A program made the translations under genes and the position numbers. Positions 35,909 through 45,316 of a stretch of DNA of 64,000 bases are shown here, piece after piece. Under the pieces are notes generated by a model. That model worked only from the letters and a program-made list of their open reading frames with translations, did no database searches and had not been told where the DNA came from. Source of the DNA: Nevskiales bacterium (GTDB lineage Bacteria > Pseudomonadota > Gammaproteobacteria > Nevskiales > JBOICV01); assembly GCA_050740255.1 (NCBI GenBank), contig JBOICV010000092.1, forward strand, positions 24,708 through 88,707, written 5' to 3'. How positions within the stretch are numbered: the stretch's first letter is position 1; every line of letters begins with the position of its first letter.

Positions 35909-37513
35909 TCATCGGTTTACGGGGGTGGCGAGTCCGCCGGTAGGCGCGGCGGCGGCGCCGAGGTACTTATGTTCGATGGCGAGCGGGTCCAGGCGGCGAA
36001 ACCAGATATCGAACCCGATCTGCAGATAAAGAATGACTTCGCGCCAGCGCCGGGCGTAAGCCTCCAGCAGACGCCACCGAAATAGCCGGTGTAACGGAAT
36101 CAACTCGTACTCGTACAGCTTCAACAGCAGGTTGAAAAGCTGCATGCGCCGCAAGTCGTGCTGTTGTACGCGATAAATGACGCGTTTGCTTATGCTCATG
36201 TGCGCAAACATCCTGGACCGCATGGCGTGCTGGAACAAAGCGGCCGAGGAAAAAAAGCGCAGCATGCGTTGACCGGCAGGGTCTTCGGCCAGCTCCTCGA
36301 CTTTGCCCCGCGGTAGGTCGTAGCGGAAATAACGCTGGCTGGCGCCCGACTTGAGCACGAACAGCAGCGGTGTCTGCCGGAACATCAGGCGCAGAGGCCA
36401 AGGCACAGCGCGCGTGAATTTGGCGAAATACTCGGCTATCGGCGGCAAGGATACCTGCGTCTTGTCTTCCTTTAACTGGGCGTCGCGCAGCTTGTCCTGG
36501 ATTTGCAACCGGTACTCCGCCAGGTGGCGCTCGCGCTGGCTGAAATAATCGTGCGACTGCAAAGTGAAGCCCAGTTTTTCATCCCAAGAGTCGCCGCTGA
36601 TCATCGTAACGACTTCGGTTACAGGTACGCCGGCCTGCTGGTTTGCGAGTTCTGCAAAGTCACGCGCTACGGTGTCCGGTGTCTGGATGTGGAGGTTGTA
36701 GTGATAGGTATCGGCATGCAGATGACAGTGATTGCTGGCGAAGGGGATCGCGTAACGCGGTTTGATGTTATTTGCAAACGCGGCAAACAGTTCGCTATAC
36801 CGCGTCGGATCATCAGCGTATATATTTACCGCATCGGTGAACTCGTAGCACAATCTGTCATTAGCCGAGCTGTGGCTGCGCAGCAGGAAATCCACGCGCG
36901 GGTGGCGTTCCTTCAACTGCTTAAGCGGTAGGCCCATCAGTTTGGAGTCGTTGGCGTTCAGCACGACCTGCTGCCCCGCTTCGATAACCAGCGCGCTGTC
37001 GGTGGTCGGCAGGAAGTGATAAGAGCTGACCCGGAAATCCGGAGCGATTGGAAAGCACCCGCCGTGGGGCAGTTCAATCACCTGATCGAATTTCATCCCG
37101 TGCAAGTCGTCGCGCATGCGCGTGAAATGATCTTTTGGGATGACAACCGGAGTGTTGCGCGGAAATTTGCGCAAGCTCGGCCCGTGAAAATGATCCCAGT
37201 GGAGGTGGGTCAGGAAGATATAGTCGGGTCGCAGGCTTTCGAGCAACTGTGGCGACACCGGCGGATAGTTCCACCACGAGCGCCAGTAGCAACTGCCCAC
37301 CAGCCAGGGATCGATCAGAATTTGCCTGCCTGCGTGCTCGAGCAGCAGGCCCGCATGAGACAGAATCGTAAATTTCACTGCGCCGACAAATCCGGTCCTT
37401 ATAGAATCGTTAATGATACTGCGTACACCGGCATTTAACGGCCTGTTAATGACGGGGCCGATGCGAGATGCGCCGCGAACGCTGCCGAAGTCCCGAAAAG
37501 CCTGACTTGGCAC
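35909..37513 (-). CDS. MBL-fold metallo-hydrolase with a C-terminal region of about 250 aa of unknown function (start GTG 37513 or GTG 37378)
   Basis: It has the segment KFTILSHAGLLLEHAGRQILIDPWL and the HxHxDH motif FLTHLHWDHFHG. The C-terminal half has no motif I recognise. The gene looks less GC-rich than its neighbours by eye. Confidence 0.75.
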   Translation of the reverse strand: MPSQAFRDFGSVRGASRIGPVINRPLNAGVRSIINDSIRTGFVGAVKFTILSHAGLLLEHAGRQILIDPWLVGSCYWRSWWNYPPVSPQLLESLRPDYIFLTHLHWDHFHGPSLRKFPRNTPVVIPKDHFTRMRDDLHGMKFDQVIELPHGGCFPIAPDFRVSSYHFLPTTDSALVIEAGQQVVLNANDSKLMGLPLKQLKERHPRVDFLLRSHSSANDRLCYEFTDAVNIYADDPTRYSELFAAFANNIKPRYAIPFASNHCHLHADTYHYNLHIQTPDTVARDFAELANQQAGVPVTEVVTMISGDSWDEKLGFTLQSHDYFSQRERHLAEYRLQIQDKLRDAQLKEDKTQVSLPPIAEYFAKFTRAVPWPLRLMFRQTPLLFVLKSGASQRYFRYDLPRGKVEELAEDPAGQRMLRFFSSAALFQHAMRSRMFAHMSISKRVIYRVQQHDLRRMQLFNLLLKLYEYELIPLHRLFRWRLLEAYARRWREVILYLQIGFDIWFRRLDPLAIEHKYLGAAAAPTGGLATPVNR

Positions 37514-37626
37514 ACACTTGGCTTATCCCTATACTGAATTTCGGTGCCAGGAGTGCCTAGGGTGCGCGGGCGTAGATCTGCGTGCCAGGGGTGATAATCG
37601 GGATTACGGATTTTGGGAGGAGAGCA

Positions 37627-38088
37627 ATGCAATCGTTGAAATGGGGGATCGGGACCTTGCTGGCGGCGCTGACGCTTGCGGCGCAAGCCGGCACACCGCT
37701 GCAGCTTGAACCGCAGATGGGTTTTTATGTCACCCGGTATTTCGGCGCCACGGCTGCTGTGCCGACGGAATTCGGTTTTCAGTTCAACTATCGCGATACG
37801 ACCGGATATGCCTACCCGGCGTATGGATTCAACAGCCGGCCGGCCTTGCTGGATCTGCGCTTCAATAGCGGCGGCGTGACGGCGCTGAACATCTCTGGCG
37901 TCAATGCATTGATGCCGACCTACGTGCTCGGTCAGGACGAGGGCGCGGAAGACGGTGACGGGTTCCTAAGCAATATCAACTGGGGCCTGGTAGGCATGGT
38001 CGCGCTAGGCGGCGGTATTTACTATGCGTCGGAAAATTATCGCGATGATCGGGAAGATGATCGCGCACGCGCGCAGGGCGGCGGCTAG
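37627..38088 (+). CDS. Secreted/membrane-anchored hypothetical protein
   Basis: The ATG follows the RBS gggaggag. The signal peptide is MQSLKWGIGTLLAALTLAAQA. It has a C-terminal TM segment WGLVGMVALGGGIYYA and an acidic/basic tail. Confidence 0.6.
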   Translation: MQSLKWGIGTLLAALTLAAQAGTPLQLEPQMGFYVTRYFGATAAVPTEFGFQFNYRDTTGYAYPAYGFNSRPALLDLRFNSGGVTALNISGVNALMPTYVLGQDEGAEDGDGFLSNINWGLVGMVALGGGIYYASENYRDDREDDRARAQGGG

Positions 38089-38308
38089 CCCATATCGCGG
38101 AGGCAATACCCAGCCGGAGCTGCTTTGATTCCGCTCGGTCAAACAACGGGGTGAATCCCGGTTGCCCGCCGCGGCTTGTTAGAGAATACTCAGGCTCATC
38201 GGCTTGGGTTTAGAATGTGTTGAGGCCAGGACAGGCCATGAACAAGATGTAACCGCACTGACCGCCGTCTGTATATCTTGTATCTTGCATATAAGGAATC
38301 TGGGGATT

Positions 38309-39397
38309 ATGAATACCGCAAATCATCTGCAACGCGTTCTCCTATTGGCGCTCACTCTGGGCATCGCACCGCTGGCCGTGGCGCAGGAAGAGGAAGCAGC
38401 AGATAGTGGCGGCGATGACGCTGCCGCCGCGTCCGGCGAGATTGACGACCGCACCTATATCGGCGTGCTCGGCGGGCTGACCGAGCCGGACAGCGATCGA
38501 CCACAGGACTACGACGATGCCTATACGCTATCCATCATCGTCGGCTCGCAGAAGTCCGAAAAGCTGAATACCGAGTGGAATCTCAGCTACAGCACCTTCG
38601 AATACAGCATCGGCGTGATCGAGTTCGCCCATGACTTCCAGGTCAATATCGGTTACGACATTCTTTATTTCCTGAACCGCGATGGCTGGGCGCCCTTTGG
38701 CCTGGCCGGCGTGGCGCTGACCCACGACGCACGTCAGACGTCCGATTCCCAGCACGCCAGCGTCAACGTCGGCGCGGGTGTGATCAAGCCGTTCAACGAC
38801 CACGGCGCGGCGTTCCGCGCCGAAGCCCGTTATCTCTACCATTTCGATGACAAAGACGGCAACGACGATCCGGCCGACATCCGTTTGGTGGCGGGCATCA
38901 CCGTGCCGCTTACGGCCAAGCCGGTCCCGCTGCCTCCGCCCCCACCGCCCCCCACCGCGGTTGATAGCGACGGCGACGGCGTGGTGGATGAGAAAGACAA
39001 GTGCCCCGGCACGCTGGCCGGCGTGAAGGTGGACGGCGATGGCTGCGCCGTGCCGCAGGTGCTCAAGCTGAACGGCGTGAGCTTCGACTTCGATTCGGTG
39101 CGCGTCGGCAAGAACGCCCGCACCATCCTGGATGAGGTGAGCGAAGGCATCAAAGGCCAGCCCAGCATGCAGGTCGAAATCGCCGGTCATACCGACAACT
39201 ACGGCGATGAAACCTACAACCAGCAGTTGTCCGAGCGCCGTGCCAAAGCGGTGCGCGACTATCTGGTGGAAAAAGGTGCGCCGGACGCCAACTTCACCTC
39301 CAAGGGTTATGGCGAAGCAGAGCCGGTGGTGGCGAATGACACCGAGGACGGGCGCGAAGAGAATCGTCGCGTCGAGTTCCGCATCCTGTCGCAATAA
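38309..39397 (+). CDS. OmpA-family outer-membrane protein with a Pro-rich hinge and thrombospondin type-3-like Asp repeats
   Basis: The ATG follows the RBS aaggaa. The signal peptide ends LAVAQ. It contains PLPPPPPPPT, DSDGDGVVDEKDKCPGT, and the OmpA_C motifs GHTDNYGDETYNQQLSERRA and NRRVEFRI. Confidence 0.9.
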   Translation: MNTANHLQRVLLLALTLGIAPLAVAQEEEAADSGGDDAAAASGEIDDRTYIGVLGGLTEPDSDRPQDYDDAYTLSIIVGSQKSEKLNTEWNLSYSTFEYSIGVIEFAHDFQVNIGYDILYFLNRDGWAPFGLAGVALTHDARQTSDSQHASVNVGAGVIKPFNDHGAAFRAEARYLYHFDDKDGNDDPADIRLVAGITVPLTAKPVPLPPPPPPPTAVDSDGDGVVDEKDKCPGTLAGVKVDGDGCAVPQVLKLNGVSFDFDSVRVGKNARTILDEVSEGIKGQPSMQVEIAGHTDNYGDETYNQQLSERRAKAVRDYLVEKGAPDANFTSKGYGEAEPVVANDTEDGREENRRVEFRILSQ

Positions 39398-39415
39398 TTA
39401 TCAGGACTACGACAT

Positions 39416-39886
39416 ATGAATACAGCAATGCTTCGCAAGCTCGCAGCGGTCGCTATCGCGGCCGTTGCACTGAGTCTCAACGCCTGCCATTCGACCGATA
39501 CTGAGGGTGGAATTGATCCGACTCAGCCCGGTGGCGGTCCTGGCGCCGGCGGCGGGCAAGGTGGCTGTCCGCCCGGCAGCGTTTTGAACGGCGCACAATG
39601 CACGGTCACCGATCTGGTGGATGAGCTGGCCGAGGTACTGGCGGGCACACCGCTGGAAGGCTTCATTCAGTGCCTGGATCCCACCGTGAACGACCTGGCG
39701 GAAGGGCCAGATGTGCTGCTGCAGGCGCTGTTGGACGCGCTCGCTAACCAGGCCGCGGATCCCGCTGCCGTTACGGACGCGGCGACTGCTTTAGCGGACG
39801 CGCTGACGTCCTTGACTGTAAACGTACCTAATCTGCTGCTTGCTTTGACCGGTGATCCGGCGGCGATTGCCGCGTGCACCACCTGA
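39416..39886 (+). CDS. Lipoprotein of unknown function, as delimited by an in-frame TGA
   Basis: Lipobox VALSLNAC, a Gly/Pro-rich linker, then an Ala/Leu/Asp-rich helical region. It ends ..DPAAIAACTT*. Confidence 0.7.
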   Translation: MNTAMLRKLAAVAIAAVALSLNACHSTDTEGGIDPTQPGGGPGAGGGQGGCPPGSVLNGAQCTVTDLVDELAEVLAGTPLEGFIQCLDPTVNDLAEGPDVLLQALLDALANQAADPAAVTDAATALADALTSLTVNVPNLLLALTGDPAAIAACTT

Positions 39887-40108
39887 GGTGGTAGTGGAGG
39901 GGGCGGTGGTGGTGGTACAACTCCCCCGTTTGATGCCAGCGCGCTCTGCGCCGTTCCCGTGTTGGATCCGGCCATCGTAGGTGCTGCAGGCGGTTCCTGC
40001 ACTGGCGGTCCTGGCGGCGGTGCAACCCCGGTGGAGCCGACCGCGTTGTGCGCGATACCGTCACTTGGACCGGCGCTTGCCGGCATCGCAGGCGTGACCT
40101 GCCCGTAA
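39887..40108 (+). other. 74-codon open extension in the same frame as the preceding lipoprotein gene (readthrough segment or recently truncated C-terminus)
   Basis: It translates to GGSGGGGGGGTTPPFDASALCAVPVLDPAIVGAAGGSCTGGPGGGATPVEPTALCAIPSLGPALAGIAGVTCP*. There is no internal start codon with an RBS. The terminator follows this segment, not the TGA. Confidence 0.55.
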
Positions 40109-40125
40109 ACCGCAAAAGCTTGCGA

Positions 40126-40156
40126 GAAGGCCCCGCTTGCGGGGCCTTCTTTTTTT
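40126..40156 (+). terminator. Rho-independent terminator
   Basis: The sequence is GAAGGCCCCGC-tt-GCGGGGCCTTC followed by T7, a perfect GC-rich stem 18 nt after the TAA at 40106-40108. Confidence 0.9.
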
Positions 40157-40234
40157 GCCGACAAAGGACTGCGTGATTCACAAGCCTACGCAACTCGCTT
40201 AGGCTGAACGCTGATATCTGCTGTCAAAGTCCTC

Positions 40235-41341
40235 ATGCGCCGAATGTTCTTCGTAGCCGCGCTCCTGCTGCTGATTACAGGACTTGCCGGCTATAAATTT
40301 TTTTACTCCCGCACGCCGGCCGCCGCCGCGCCGCCGGCGGCGTCAAACGCGGCGCAGCTTGCCGCCGGCCGCCCGGTCATACCGGTTGAAACTGCCCAAG
40401 TGCTACAGGACAGGCTGCGCGACAGCGTGACCGTAGTGGCGGCGCTGACGGCAAACGAAGCCGTGGTGATTCGGCCGGAAATCGCGGGTCGCATTGAGGC
40501 GATGGCCTTGCGCGAAGGCCAGCCGGTGACACGCGGCAGCTTATTGATTCAACTCGATGACGCCATTACCGCCGCCGAACTGGCACAGGCCGCCGCCGGC
40601 GAGGAACGCGCACAGCGCCTGCGCGACGGCGGCCGCAAGTTGGTCGGACAAGGCTATATCAGCGCCACTGAAATGGACCGGCTGGAAACCGAACTCAAAC
40701 TGGCCGAGGCGAACCGCAAGCTCGCCCAGGCGCGACAGGACAAAACCAGGATTTACGCGCCGTTCGCCGGTCAGCTCGGCTTGCGCCAGGTCAGCGTGGG
40801 CGACTACGTCACGCCGGGCCAGAGTCTGGTCAACCTGGATGATCTCGCCAGTCTCAAGGTGGATTTCCGTGTGCCGGAAACCTATCTTGCGGCGCTCAGC
40901 GTCGGACAGACGATCGAGTTGGAGGTGGACAGCTTTCCAGGTGTGCGCTTCACCGGCGAGGTTTACGCCCTGGATCCGCAAATTTCCGCGGCGGACCACA
41001 GCGTCGCCCTGCGAGCGCGCGTGCCGAATCCGGCCGGACAACTGCGACCCGGCCTGTTCGCCCGCGTGAATCTGCTGCTGGCGGAGCGGGCCAACGCACT
41101 ACTTATTCCGGAGCAGGCGGTGTTGCCGCAGGGTGACGGCAATTTCGTGTATCGCGTGCAGGACGGGCAGGTGAATCTGACCGCCGTCACGCTCGGCCAG
41201 CGGCGTCCCGGCCAGGTCGAGGTGTTAAGCGGTCTGCAGCTTGGCGATACGGTCGTGACGTCCGGCCAGCAAAAGCTCATCGACGGCGTGCCGGTCGCGC
41301 CAGTGGCCGTACCGCCGTCGGCTCCCCGCGCAGCGCCCTGA
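40235..41341 (+). CDS. Efflux RND transporter periplasmic adaptor (membrane fusion protein)
   Basis: 368 aa with an N-terminal anchor. It has the lipoyl/hairpin/beta-barrel pattern (IRPEIAGRI..L.QLDD, coiled coil, IYAPFAGQLG..V..G.YV). Confidence 0.9.
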   Translation: MRRMFFVAALLLLITGLAGYKFFYSRTPAAAAPPAASNAAQLAAGRPVIPVETAQVLQDRLRDSVTVVAALTANEAVVIRPEIAGRIEAMALREGQPVTRGSLLIQLDDAITAAELAQAAAGEERAQRLRDGGRKLVGQGYISATEMDRLETELKLAEANRKLAQARQDKTRIYAPFAGQLGLRQVSVGDYVTPGQSLVNLDDLASLKVDFRVPETYLAALSVGQTIELEVDSFPGVRFTGEVYALDPQISAADHSVALRARVPNPAGQLRPGLFARVNLLLAERANALLIPEQAVLPQGDGNFVYRVQDGQVNLTAVTLGQRRPGQVEVLSGLQLGDTVVTSGQQKLIDGVPVAPVAVPPSAPRAAP

Positions 41342-41345
41342 ATCA

Positions 41346-44300
41346 ATGCGCCTACCGGAACTGTGCATCGAGCGTCCGGTCTTCGCCTGGGTGCTGAGCC
41401 TGGTGGTCTTGCTGTTGGGAGTGATCGCCTACCAGCGCCTCACGGTGCGCGAGTACCCCAACATCGATCCGCCGGTGGTGACCGTGACCACCCGCTATCC
41501 GGGCGCAAGTGCGGAGATCATCGAAAGCCAGGTCACGCAGGTGCTGGAAGAGTCTTTGGGCGGTATCGAAGGGATCGACTTCATGTCCTCGATCAGCCGC
41601 GAAGAGCAGAGCCAGATTACCGTGACGTTTCTCTTGAGCCGCGATGCCGATGCTACCGCGAGCGATGTGCGCGACCGTGTCAGCCGGGTACGCCGTGCGC
41701 TGCCGGAGGAAATAGACGATCCGGTGATCGAGAAGGTCGAGGCGGACGCGCAGCCGATCATGTTCCTGGCTTTTTCCAGCAACCGGCACACGCCACTGGA
41801 TCTCAGCGATATCGCCGACCGCCGCGTCAAAGACCGCCTGCAAACGCTACCGGGCGTGGCGCAGGCGCGTATCTTCGGCCAACGCCGCTACTCCATGCGC
41901 ATCTATCTCAACCCCGAGCGTCTGGCGGCGCACAGCCTGACGGTGCAGGACGTCGAGACGGCGCTCAGCGCCCAGAATCTGGAGGTGCCCGGCGGCCGAA
42001 TCGAGGGCGCGCAACGCGAATTCACGGTGTTGTCGGAAACCGACTTGCGCAGTAAAGAACAGTTCGATGCCTTGATTCTGCGCGACAGCCGCAGTGCCAA
42101 CGGCGGCTATCTGGTGCGCCTCAGCGATGTCGGGCGCGCCGAGCTGGGTGCGGAAGACGAACGGGTGTTGGCGCGCCTGAATGGCAAGACGGCGGTGGCG
42201 CTGGGCGTGATCAAACAATCCACCGCCAATCCGCTGGAAGTCTCGCAGGCGGTGCGCGCAGAGCTGCCCCGGATCACCAAACTGCTGCCCGAGGGCATGC
42301 AGGTCGAGGTCGCGCGCGACACCGCGGTATTTATCGAGCAGTCCATTGCCAATGTTTACGAGACCATCGCGGAAGCGGTAGCGCTGGTGATACTGATCAT
42401 TTTCTTTTTTCTGCGTTCCTTGCGCGCGACGCTGATTCCGCTGGTGACGATTCCGGTGTCGCTGATCGGCGCCTGCGCCGTCATGTATGCGCTCGGCTTC
42501 AGCCTCAACACGCTAACGCTGCTGGCGCTGGTGCTCGCGATCGGGCTGGTGGTGGACGACGCGATCGTCATGCTCGAAAACATCCACCGGCATATCGAGC
42601 AGGGCAGCACCCGGCGCGAGGCGGCGATACGCGGCAGCCGCGAAATCGGCTTTGCGATCATCGCCATGACGCTAACGCTGGTGGCGGTATTCATTCCGGT
42701 AGGGTTTCAGGAGGGCACCACCGGCAAATTGTTCACCGAATTCGCCTGGACCCTGGCCGGCGCCGTGCTGGTTTCCGGTTTCGTCGCGCTGACGCTATCG
42801 CCGATGATGTGCTCACGGCTGCTGCGCGAGCACGAGCGACACGGCGCCATTTACAACCGCATCGAAGCTTTGATCCAGGGTACGACCGTGGGCTATCGCC
42901 GCCTGCTGGGCGCCGGTCTGCGCCGGCCCTTGCTGGTACTGGCGGTCGGCCTTGGGGTCGCCGCGACCGGCGCGGGCCTGTTCCGCCTGCTCAAAAGCGA
43001 ACTGGCGCCGGCGGAAGATCAGGGCTCGATCATCGGTTTTCTGTCCGGGCCTGAAGGCGCCACCATCGAGTACATGGACGCATCCATGCGCAAGGTCGAG
43101 GCGATTTATGCGGCGGTCCCGGAGATTCGTAACTATTTCGTCGTAGTGGGCAACCCGGTCATCACCAACGGGATTTCCTTCGCCAATCTCACGCCCTGGC
43201 AGACTCGTGAGCGTACCCAGCAAGAGATTGCCCAGGAAATAACGCCAAAGATGTTCGGTGGCATTCCGGGCGTACGCGCATTCCCCACTGGCCGCCCGCC
43301 GCTGGGTCAGCCGGTGCGCTCGCTGCCGATCGGCCTGGTGGTGCAGACCACCGGCAGCTATGCCGAACTCGACCAGAGCATGCAGGCGCTGCTGCAGCGC
43401 CTGCAGTCCAACCCGGGGCTGATCAATCCGGATACCGACCTGAAACTGAACAAACCGCAGCTGCGCGTAACGCTGGATCGCGAAAAGGTCGCGATACTGG
43501 GCGTCAGCGTGGCAACTATCGGCCGCACGCTGGAAACCCTGCTGGGTGGCCGCAAGCTGACCCGCTTCAAACGTGAAGGCGAGCAGTACGACGTTATCGT
43601 CCAGCTCGATCGCGTGGACCGGCGCAATCCGAACGATCTGGCGCGCATTTACGTGCGCGGCGCACAAGGTATGGTGCAGCTCGCCAACCTGGTGCAGCTG
43701 CGAGAAACGGTCGCGCCGCGTGAACTGAATCACTTCGACCAGTTGCGCGCGGCCACCCTGACGGCAGGGCTTGCGCCCGGCTATTCGTTGGGCGAGGCGC
43801 TGGACTTCGTCGAGGCTGCGGCCGCTGAAGTGCTGCCCGATAACGCTCGTGTGGACTTCTCGGGTCTGTCGCGCGAGTTTAAACAATCCAGTGCCAGTCT
43901 CTGGATCACCTTCGGTCTGGCACTGGCGTTCATCTATCTGGTGCTGGCGGCGCAGTTCGAAAGTTTTCTCGATCCGCTGATTATTCTGCTGACCGTACCC
44001 CTGTCCATCGCCGGCGCGCTGCTGGCGCTCAAGCTCAGTGGCGGCACGCTCAACATCTATAGCAAGGTCGGCCTGGTCACGCTGATCGGTCTCATTACGA
44101 AGCACGGTATTCTCATCGTCGAGTTTTCCAACCAGTTGCGTGCGCAGGGGCGGTCGCTGCTCGACGCGGTGACGGAAGCCGCGGTGCTGCGGCTGCGACC
44201 CATTCTGATGACGACCGGCGCGATGGTGCTGGGTGCGCTGCCGCTGGCGGTGGCCAGCGGCGCCGGCGCCGAGAGCCGCCAGGAAATCGGCTGGGTCATC

Positions 44301-44402
44301 GTCGGCGGCCTCCTGGTCGGTACGCTGTTCACCCTATTCGTAATACCGGTCGCGTACAGCCTGCTGGCGCGCTTCCACCAGCCAGCTCTGCGCAGTACTT
44401 GA
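41346..44402 (+). CDS. Efflux RND transporter permease (AcrB/MdtB-type)
   Basis: 1018 aa. It starts LPELCIERPVFAWVLSLVVLLLG and has the 12-TM/two-large-loop architecture and the segment LALVLAIGLVVDDAIVMLENI. Confidence 0.95.
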   Translation: MRLPELCIERPVFAWVLSLVVLLLGVIAYQRLTVREYPNIDPPVVTVTTRYPGASAEIIESQVTQVLEESLGGIEGIDFMSSISREEQSQITVTFLLSRDADATASDVRDRVSRVRRALPEEIDDPVIEKVEADAQPIMFLAFSSNRHTPLDLSDIADRRVKDRLQTLPGVAQARIFGQRRYSMRIYLNPERLAAHSLTVQDVETALSAQNLEVPGGRIEGAQREFTVLSETDLRSKEQFDALILRDSRSANGGYLVRLSDVGRAELGAEDERVLARLNGKTAVALGVIKQSTANPLEVSQAVRAELPRITKLLPEGMQVEVARDTAVFIEQSIANVYETIAEAVALVILIIFFFLRSLRATLIPLVTIPVSLIGACAVMYALGFSLNTLTLLALVLAIGLVVDDAIVMLENIHRHIEQGSTRREAAIRGSREIGFAIIAMTLTLVAVFIPVGFQEGTTGKLFTEFAWTLAGAVLVSGFVALTLSPMMCSRLLREHERHGAIYNRIEALIQGTTVGYRRLLGAGLRRPLLVLAVGLGVAATGAGLFRLLKSELAPAEDQGSIIGFLSGPEGATIEYMDASMRKVEAIYAAVPEIRNYFVVVGNPVITNGISFANLTPWQTRERTQQEIAQEITPKMFGGIPGVRAFPTGRPPLGQPVRSLPIGLVVQTTGSYAELDQSMQALLQRLQSNPGLINPDTDLKLNKPQLRVTLDREKVAILGVSVATIGRTLETLLGGRKLTRFKREGEQYDVIVQLDRVDRRNPNDLARIYVRGAQGMVQLANLVQLRETVAPRELNHFDQLRAATLTAGLAPGYSLGEALDFVEAAAAEVLPDNARVDFSGLSREFKQSSASLWITFGLALAFIYLVLAAQFESFLDPLIILLTVPLSIAGALLALKLSGGTLNIYSKVGLVTLIGLITKHGILIVEFSNQLRAQGRSLLDAVTEAAVLRLRPILMTTGAMVLGALPLAVASGAGAESRQEIGWVIVGGLLVGTLFTLFVIPVAYSLLARFHQPALRST

Positions 44403-44406
44403 AGCC

Positions 44407-45264
44407 ATGCTGTCGTATCGACATGGTTTTCACGCCGGCAATTTTGCGGACGTATTCAAGCACGCGCTCCTGCTGGAACTGATCGCGGCGCTCAAACGCA
44501 AAGACGCCGCGTTCTTCGTACTGGACACCCATGCCGGCGCCGGTCTTTACGACCTGCGCTCCGTGCATGCGCAGCGACTACGCGAATTCGACACCGGCAT
44601 CGGGCGCTTGTGGCAGACTGAAACGCTGCCGCAGGAGTTGCTCTTGTATCGGGACCTGGTGCGCAGTTTCAATCCGACAGGACAACTGCGCAGCTACCCG
44701 GGGTCGCCCCTGTTGCTGCAGCGCGTGTTGCGTCCGCAAGATCGGCTGGCGCTGGCGGAACTGCATCCAACCGATCATGCCAATCTGGAGCAGGCGATAC
44801 GGGTCCGGCCCGGCGTGGAGCTGCGGCATGAAGACGGGCTGGCCGTGGCGCGCGCACTCATGCCGCCCCCGGAGAACCGGGGGCTGGTCTTTATTGATCC
44901 CCCCTATGAACTGCAACGCGAATGGCGGCAGGTCGTGAAGACAGTGCAGGAAATCCACCGCCGCTGGCGCGGCGGCATGCTGGCGATCTGGTATCCCTTA
45001 CTACCGGGCCGCAGCGCCAGCACATTCGTGCAGGGCCTGGCGGCGCTGGCGATTCCCAAGACGCTGGCCGCCGAGATCGAGGTCGGCGCGGTGCGCGGCT
45101 CGCATGGCATGTACGGCTGCGGCGTGGCCGTCATCAATCCGCCTTGGCAGCTCGATACCTGGCTCGGCGGATTGTTGCCGTCGTTGATGAATCTGCTCGC
45201 AGTGGAGTCGCCGCGCTGGCGCCTGAACTGGTTGGTCGCAGAAAAAATATCCAAGGCGCATTGA
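44407..45264 (+). CDS. rlmJ: 23S rRNA (adenine2030-N6)-methyltransferase
   Basis: It starts MLSYRHGFHAGNFADVFKHALL and later has the segment FIDPPYE. Confidence 0.9.
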   Translation: MLSYRHGFHAGNFADVFKHALLLELIAALKRKDAAFFVLDTHAGAGLYDLRSVHAQRLREFDTGIGRLWQTETLPQELLLYRDLVRSFNPTGQLRSYPGSPLLLQRVLRPQDRLALAELHPTDHANLEQAIRVRPGVELRHEDGLAVARALMPPPENRGLVFIDPPYELQREWRQVVKTVQEIHRRWRGGMLAIWYPLLPGRSASTFVQGLAALAIPKTLAAEIEVGAVRGSHGMYGCGVAVINPPWQLDTWLGGLLPSLMNLLAVESPRWRLNWLVAEKISKAH

Positions 45265-45316
45265 CCGAAGGCGCAGATTCACCCCAGACTTCGCGCCAGG
45301 CGGAGGAGGGGAAGAT

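Noticed and set aside
35004-36085. Track ORFs overlapping the tRNA cluster (35004-35342 minus; 35400-35669, 35410-35601 and 35612-36085 plus)
   Set aside because: They read straight through four well-folded tRNA genes and REP elements, and no coding signal is apparent.
39884-39940. Selenocysteine decoding of the in-frame TGA in the lipoprotein gene
   Set aside because: Downstream I can only pair GGGGG (39899-39903) with CCCCC (39923-39927), with poor extension. That is not a convincing bacterial SECIS hairpin, and the context T-T-U-G-G is not a redox motif. It is kept only as a low-probability alternative in the finding.
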